Assembly (NCBI GenBank): GCA_904063045.1
Contig: CAJFCJ010000005.1
Location: forward strand, 2,474,165 to 2,538,164
Source of the DNA: Dimorphilus gyrociliatus
Lineage: Eukaryota > Animalia > Annelida
DNA: 64,000 nt
Direction: 5' to 3'
Positions 60,120 through 64,000 of the stretch are shown piece by piece. A model generated the notes under the pieces. That model ran no database searches. It was not told where the DNA came from and saw only the letters and a list, made by a program, of their open reading frames with translations. The position numbers and the translations under genes were made by a program. Within the stretch, counting starts at the first letter, position 1. Each line of letters starts with the position of its first letter.

Positions 60120-61732
60120 ATGAAATTTTTTCATTATTTTCTTCTTTGTCAAATTGGAGTTATTTGGAGTTTCGACTGTCCAACTCTACCTCAAGGCTTT
60201 AAATTGGTGAAAACATCACATAAATGTCTCGCCATTCGATTTCTTGAGCCGTCAGAAAGACAATTTATGACTGCAAAGGCAATTTGTCAAAATGACTTAG
60301 ATAATGGACAGTTAATTGATTTAGAATCGCAGCATAAAATGGAATTTATTATGACGATAATGAATTTTGTAAACAAAAATCCCACTATTCATCGAGGTGT
60401 CGACATGAACGGGAAACTTTTCCCTGGTTTCTTCATTGACTTTTCAACATTGACCCAGAATGGAATAATCAGATATTTTTGGCCTAGTGGACGTGAAGTA
60501 GAACCTGCTCAAATTGGAGGACCAGATCGGACAGATCTTCTCTTTTTCGTGCTAAAAGATGATGGAAGCCCGTCCGGTCTTTATTCTGGAGAAAACGAGT
60601 CAAATATTGGAAGTGTTGTTTGTGAAGTTCCATCTCTACTTAAATGTCCTCCTACTCCTGACGGTTGGCTAGGTGTCCAATCAAATTCGGTATGTGGCAT
60701 TTTACGTCCATTGAAAGAGTTTGAGAGAACTTGGATGGGAGCGAAAAGTGCATGTGAAAGTGTTCCGGGTATGGAGTTGGCTAGATTAACAAATAATGAA
60801 AACATTGTCTTTAATATCGTAAAAGTCATAAACCAGAATAAAGAATTGTTTGAAATAGAAGGTGATCCGACTGTGAAACCTTCGTTCTTTTTTTACGAAA
60901 CAATAAATCTCTCTAATCTAGATATAGATAAAGCTGGTTTAGCTATCATAGGGTAATAACAATTGTAAAATAAAATTAAAGAGCTCACTTTTCTTATTCA
61001 TTTTTAGACAAAAACCGAAGTTTATAACAGGTTCTCAGCCAATAACTGGAACACTTTGTTTTTTAAAGGCAGACTCAAGTCAAGGAGATCCTCATCTTTT
61101 ACACTACATACCGAGTTCTGGAAAATATATTTGCCATGATTTAATTGGTGAAGCTGGCCAAAAGTTTATACTATACAAAGATTTATTGACGAATGTTATC
61201 ATTGCTGGAGAATTGCGGGATGATTACTATTTCGGTAAAATAATTATCTCAAGTTTGTTCTTCAATCATACGATTAGCGCAAATGAAGTATGGAAAGCGA
61301 GAGAGACGTTTTATTACGAGAAGAAATTAAAGATAGAGGTGCTGTCTCTCAATGAAATAATAATTACAGTTAATAATGGTCAATCTGGTAAATTCATTAT
61401 CAAGAAGAATTCAAATAGTATTCATTTAAGTTACTTGAACTTTCATATTATTCAAATGAATGAGAAAAGATCTGGTGGAATATTTGGTAAATATAAACAA
61501 AAACAGATTAAAGAGTTTAATAATTAATTAAATATAAATCGTTTTAGGCGACATTGCTAATAAAAAGTATGAATTCTTCGAAAGAGTACAGAGAAACTCT
61601 ATGGCTGCTGTTAGAATTGACGGAAAAACATTTACAGCTAGGATAACAGAAAGAGATCATCTATTTTGTTGGCTTTTGCCAAATAAAGCCGTATTCTATC
61701 CAAAAGCGACACGGGATTATATATTAGATTAA
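60120..61732 (+). CDS. Secreted CTL-CTL-GDPH-ITIH_C-like protein, paralogue E
   Basis: Signal peptide, two CTL-like domains, GDPH at 61084-61095, ICHDLIGE, IIAGEL, SGGIFG; TAA at 61730-61732. Confidence 0.8.
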
Positions 61733-62082
61733 TATAGTTATATTTATAGTAAAAATAAATATTTTGAAAGCAAACAAGCATTCCTTTATCTTATTTATCG
61801 GACAAAAGGCTTTGTTCTCAACGAGGAGGAAGTATTTTATAAGATAGATTGAGAAGATTAGATTTAAAGTTATTCATTCTACTTATTTGATATCTAAAAA
61901 ATTAATATATTAATGTAAAACAGTCCAAAATACGATCAGTAACTGATATGAATATCTATATATGTTAAAGGTGTACTGTATAAGGTTACACCTACTTTGA
62001 GGTGTTCAAATATTCAACATGTTCAAAACACAGAAAAAACTCTTTATTACTTTCAACATAAATTCCTTTAAAATTCAGATAT

Positions 62083-63064
62083 TCAGTAGTCAGTTTTGTA
62101 TCTTTGAGAATTGCTATGATAACTACGAAGAAGAATTGTCATAGCATCTTCAATTCTAGATTTATAATCTCTATTCAATATAACATCGAGATGAGATAAG
62201 CACTCGCCTTGAAAAGCGTTATATTTCATAACTGTTTGAATTTTCTTGATAAATCTTTTAAGGAAATTAACTGGATCTTTTTGAACAGCTTTAAATAACG
62301 ATGGTAAATCCATAAAGACTTCAGATTGAATATCCATAAATCTATGTATACCGTCATACGATTTGATTACATCTTGCCTTGTATACTCTTGCAGACAATG
62401 GAGTTTAATACTTTTCCAGATTCGTATAGGTAATGAATGCAATAGATATTTTGCAAAATATTTAGCTTTATCGTTTGGAAACGAAGCGAATTGTTTCTTT
62501 GAGAAATCCTTTATAAAATCACCTCTAAAACCTAGTGAATATAGATAGATAATTCCAAGTTTTTCATATTTTGTTCCTCTTTTAGGCATTGTTTTATCGA
62601 ATTGAAATCAACAATGTTTAATACCATTTTTAGTAATTTTCTAATAATTTCATCTTTAAATTTCTCCTTTGATAAAATTTTTGGCATATTCATTAAGCTT
62701 TTTCTATAAACTGTTATATTCTTATTACATCCTTCCAGAGGTATAATAAAGAATTCATTATCCTTTTTATCAACTTTACTTTTATACTTCATTTCTCTTC
62801 TATCTTTAATATGTAAAGGTCAAGGAAAAAGGTATTAAATTTTTGAGATTTAAAGATTAAAGATTGAAAGTATACAGTTACGATTATAAGTAATTGTTAC
62901 AATGAAAAAACATCTAAAAATGTCACTATTTGGTGTTTTACACTTTTTATTTGTCTTATAATTAAGACAAAACTCTACTTAAGCTATTGATTGTGATGCT
63001 GTAATATTTTGTTAACTTACTTCCTGTTTGGAGTTGAATTTTTTCTCCTTCCTATTCTTCCCAT
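62083..63064 (-). CDS. Orphan Lys/Arg-rich protein, probably 3 exons
   Basis: The two overlapping ORFs (62532-62792 and 62083-62589) can be joined by a GT-AG intron. A short first exon MGRIGRRKNSTPNR (ATG at 63064) splices in frame. No family recognised. Confidence 0.4.
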
Positions 63065-63562
63065 TCAACCTGTATTTGCATAAAACTTTTTTTCTCTTAT
63101 GTAGTTTGGCAGACTACAACTCTTAATTGTAAGGTCATAGCAACCGTATTAAAATTACTTAATAGCTTATGAACTATTCTAGACCATAAACATAGTTTAT
63201 CAACCAAAAAATTCACAGTTTTACAAGTTTTTACCGGTGCAACAATTATTTATTAACGTCATCGTGTACATAAATCTTACCTTTATGTTTTATAAAGTTA
63301 AATATATCCTTTTGCCGATGATGAGGACTTTTTTCAATACAAAAGTATAATTGACATGCATATATCTCTGTAAAACTTTGACACTTCCGTTTTCTTTGGC
63401 CGACGTATTTTTTTTCCAATAAAATATGATCGTGTATATTCATATATGCAAATACTGTACTTGAAGGATTTTTTATCAGCTTTCCCAGAAAGTCGTCCCT
63501 TTCGTCAACATTCGAAATCTATTCGTGTAAGAATCTCAAATATCCATTTGCCTGTATCTACG

Positions 63563-63810
63563 TGTAGTCGATAAATGAGTAGCGAGCGTAGGTTATAGCT
63601 AAATTCACCAACTTTACTCGATATACGCGTTAAAGATTTAAGGTATGTACTTGTTAATATAGCAGTAATAATAACTAATAACATGTCGAAATAATAAAGG
63701 GTAATGAAATACGGTTAGGTTTAAAATATGTGTAACGTAAAGTAATTATAAAATAACGTAAAGGGAATTTGGCTCACTGCCAAATTTAGGCGATGTACCC
63801 ATCGACTACA
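63563..63810. mobile_element. 248-bp TGT...ACA element with a 6-bp TSD (solo LTR or small TIR element)
   Basis: Perfect 10-bp terminal inverted repeats TGTAGTCGAT/ATCGACTACA, flanked by TCTACG at 63557-63562 and 63811-63816. Internal hairpin AATTTGGC-TCACT-GCCAAATT at 63766-63786. Confidence 0.8.
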
Positions 63811-64000
63811 TCTACGTGTATCCCTTATATTCTTTTCGTAAAACTGAAAACACGGCTAAAGTAGTACTGCTTGGAAAGACTAAAGTTGAGAACTTTGTCA
63901 AGTTTCTTTGTAAAAGTATGAAAATTTGTAAATAACTGACATTTTTTTCATTTCTTTTCGATGATTTTAAGATGACGAAACCATAGTAAAATAAAATTGA

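Noticed and set aside
62083-62792. Programmed ribosomal frameshift between two overlapping ORFs
   Set aside because: An ordinary GT-AG intron explains the frame change, and no clear slippery site with a stimulator was seen.
1-64000. CRISPR arrays, rRNA, snRNA, prokaryotic operons
   Set aside because: None seen. The repeats are microsatellites, coding repeats or paralogous exons, and the DNA is spliceosomal-intron-containing eukaryotic sequence.

Overview
This is eukaryotic, very AT-rich, gene-dense animal DNA with short GT-AG introns (about 50-120 nt). The LDLa-LRR GPCR, CLCA, ZYG11-like and PAN genes suggest a compact invertebrate genome, probably lophotrochozoan/annelid (inference). Most of the window is local paralogue arrays: (i) a RING-coiled coil-beta-propeller-like family with 5 RING-bearing, 2 RING-less and 1 truncated member; (ii) three 4-TM proteins ending in tandem PPxY motifs, alternating with three intron-containing tRNA-Leu(AAG) genes; (iii) four six-exon ZYG11/ZER1-like BC-box/LRR genes; (iv) four secreted double C-type-lectin (CTL) proteins fused to an ITIH-type C-terminal domain, three with a (G)DPH autocleavage motif; (v) two TRIM-like RING genes. 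Singletons are a mucin-like 3' end, an SRCR-CTL-LDLa-LRR 7TM receptor, a PAN/Apple protein, a CLCA homologue lacking the HExxH Glu, and two orphans. Mobile-element-derived pieces are a stand-alone intact BEL/Pao-type Gag capsid ORF with no pol or LTRs (candidate domesticated capsid gene), a 322-bp Tc1/mariner-like MITE and a 248-bp TGT...ACA element with a 6-bp TSD. Best leads: the solo Gag gene, the lectin-DPH-ITIH proteins and the tRNA/PPxY array. All exon structures and family assignments were made by eye, without database searches.
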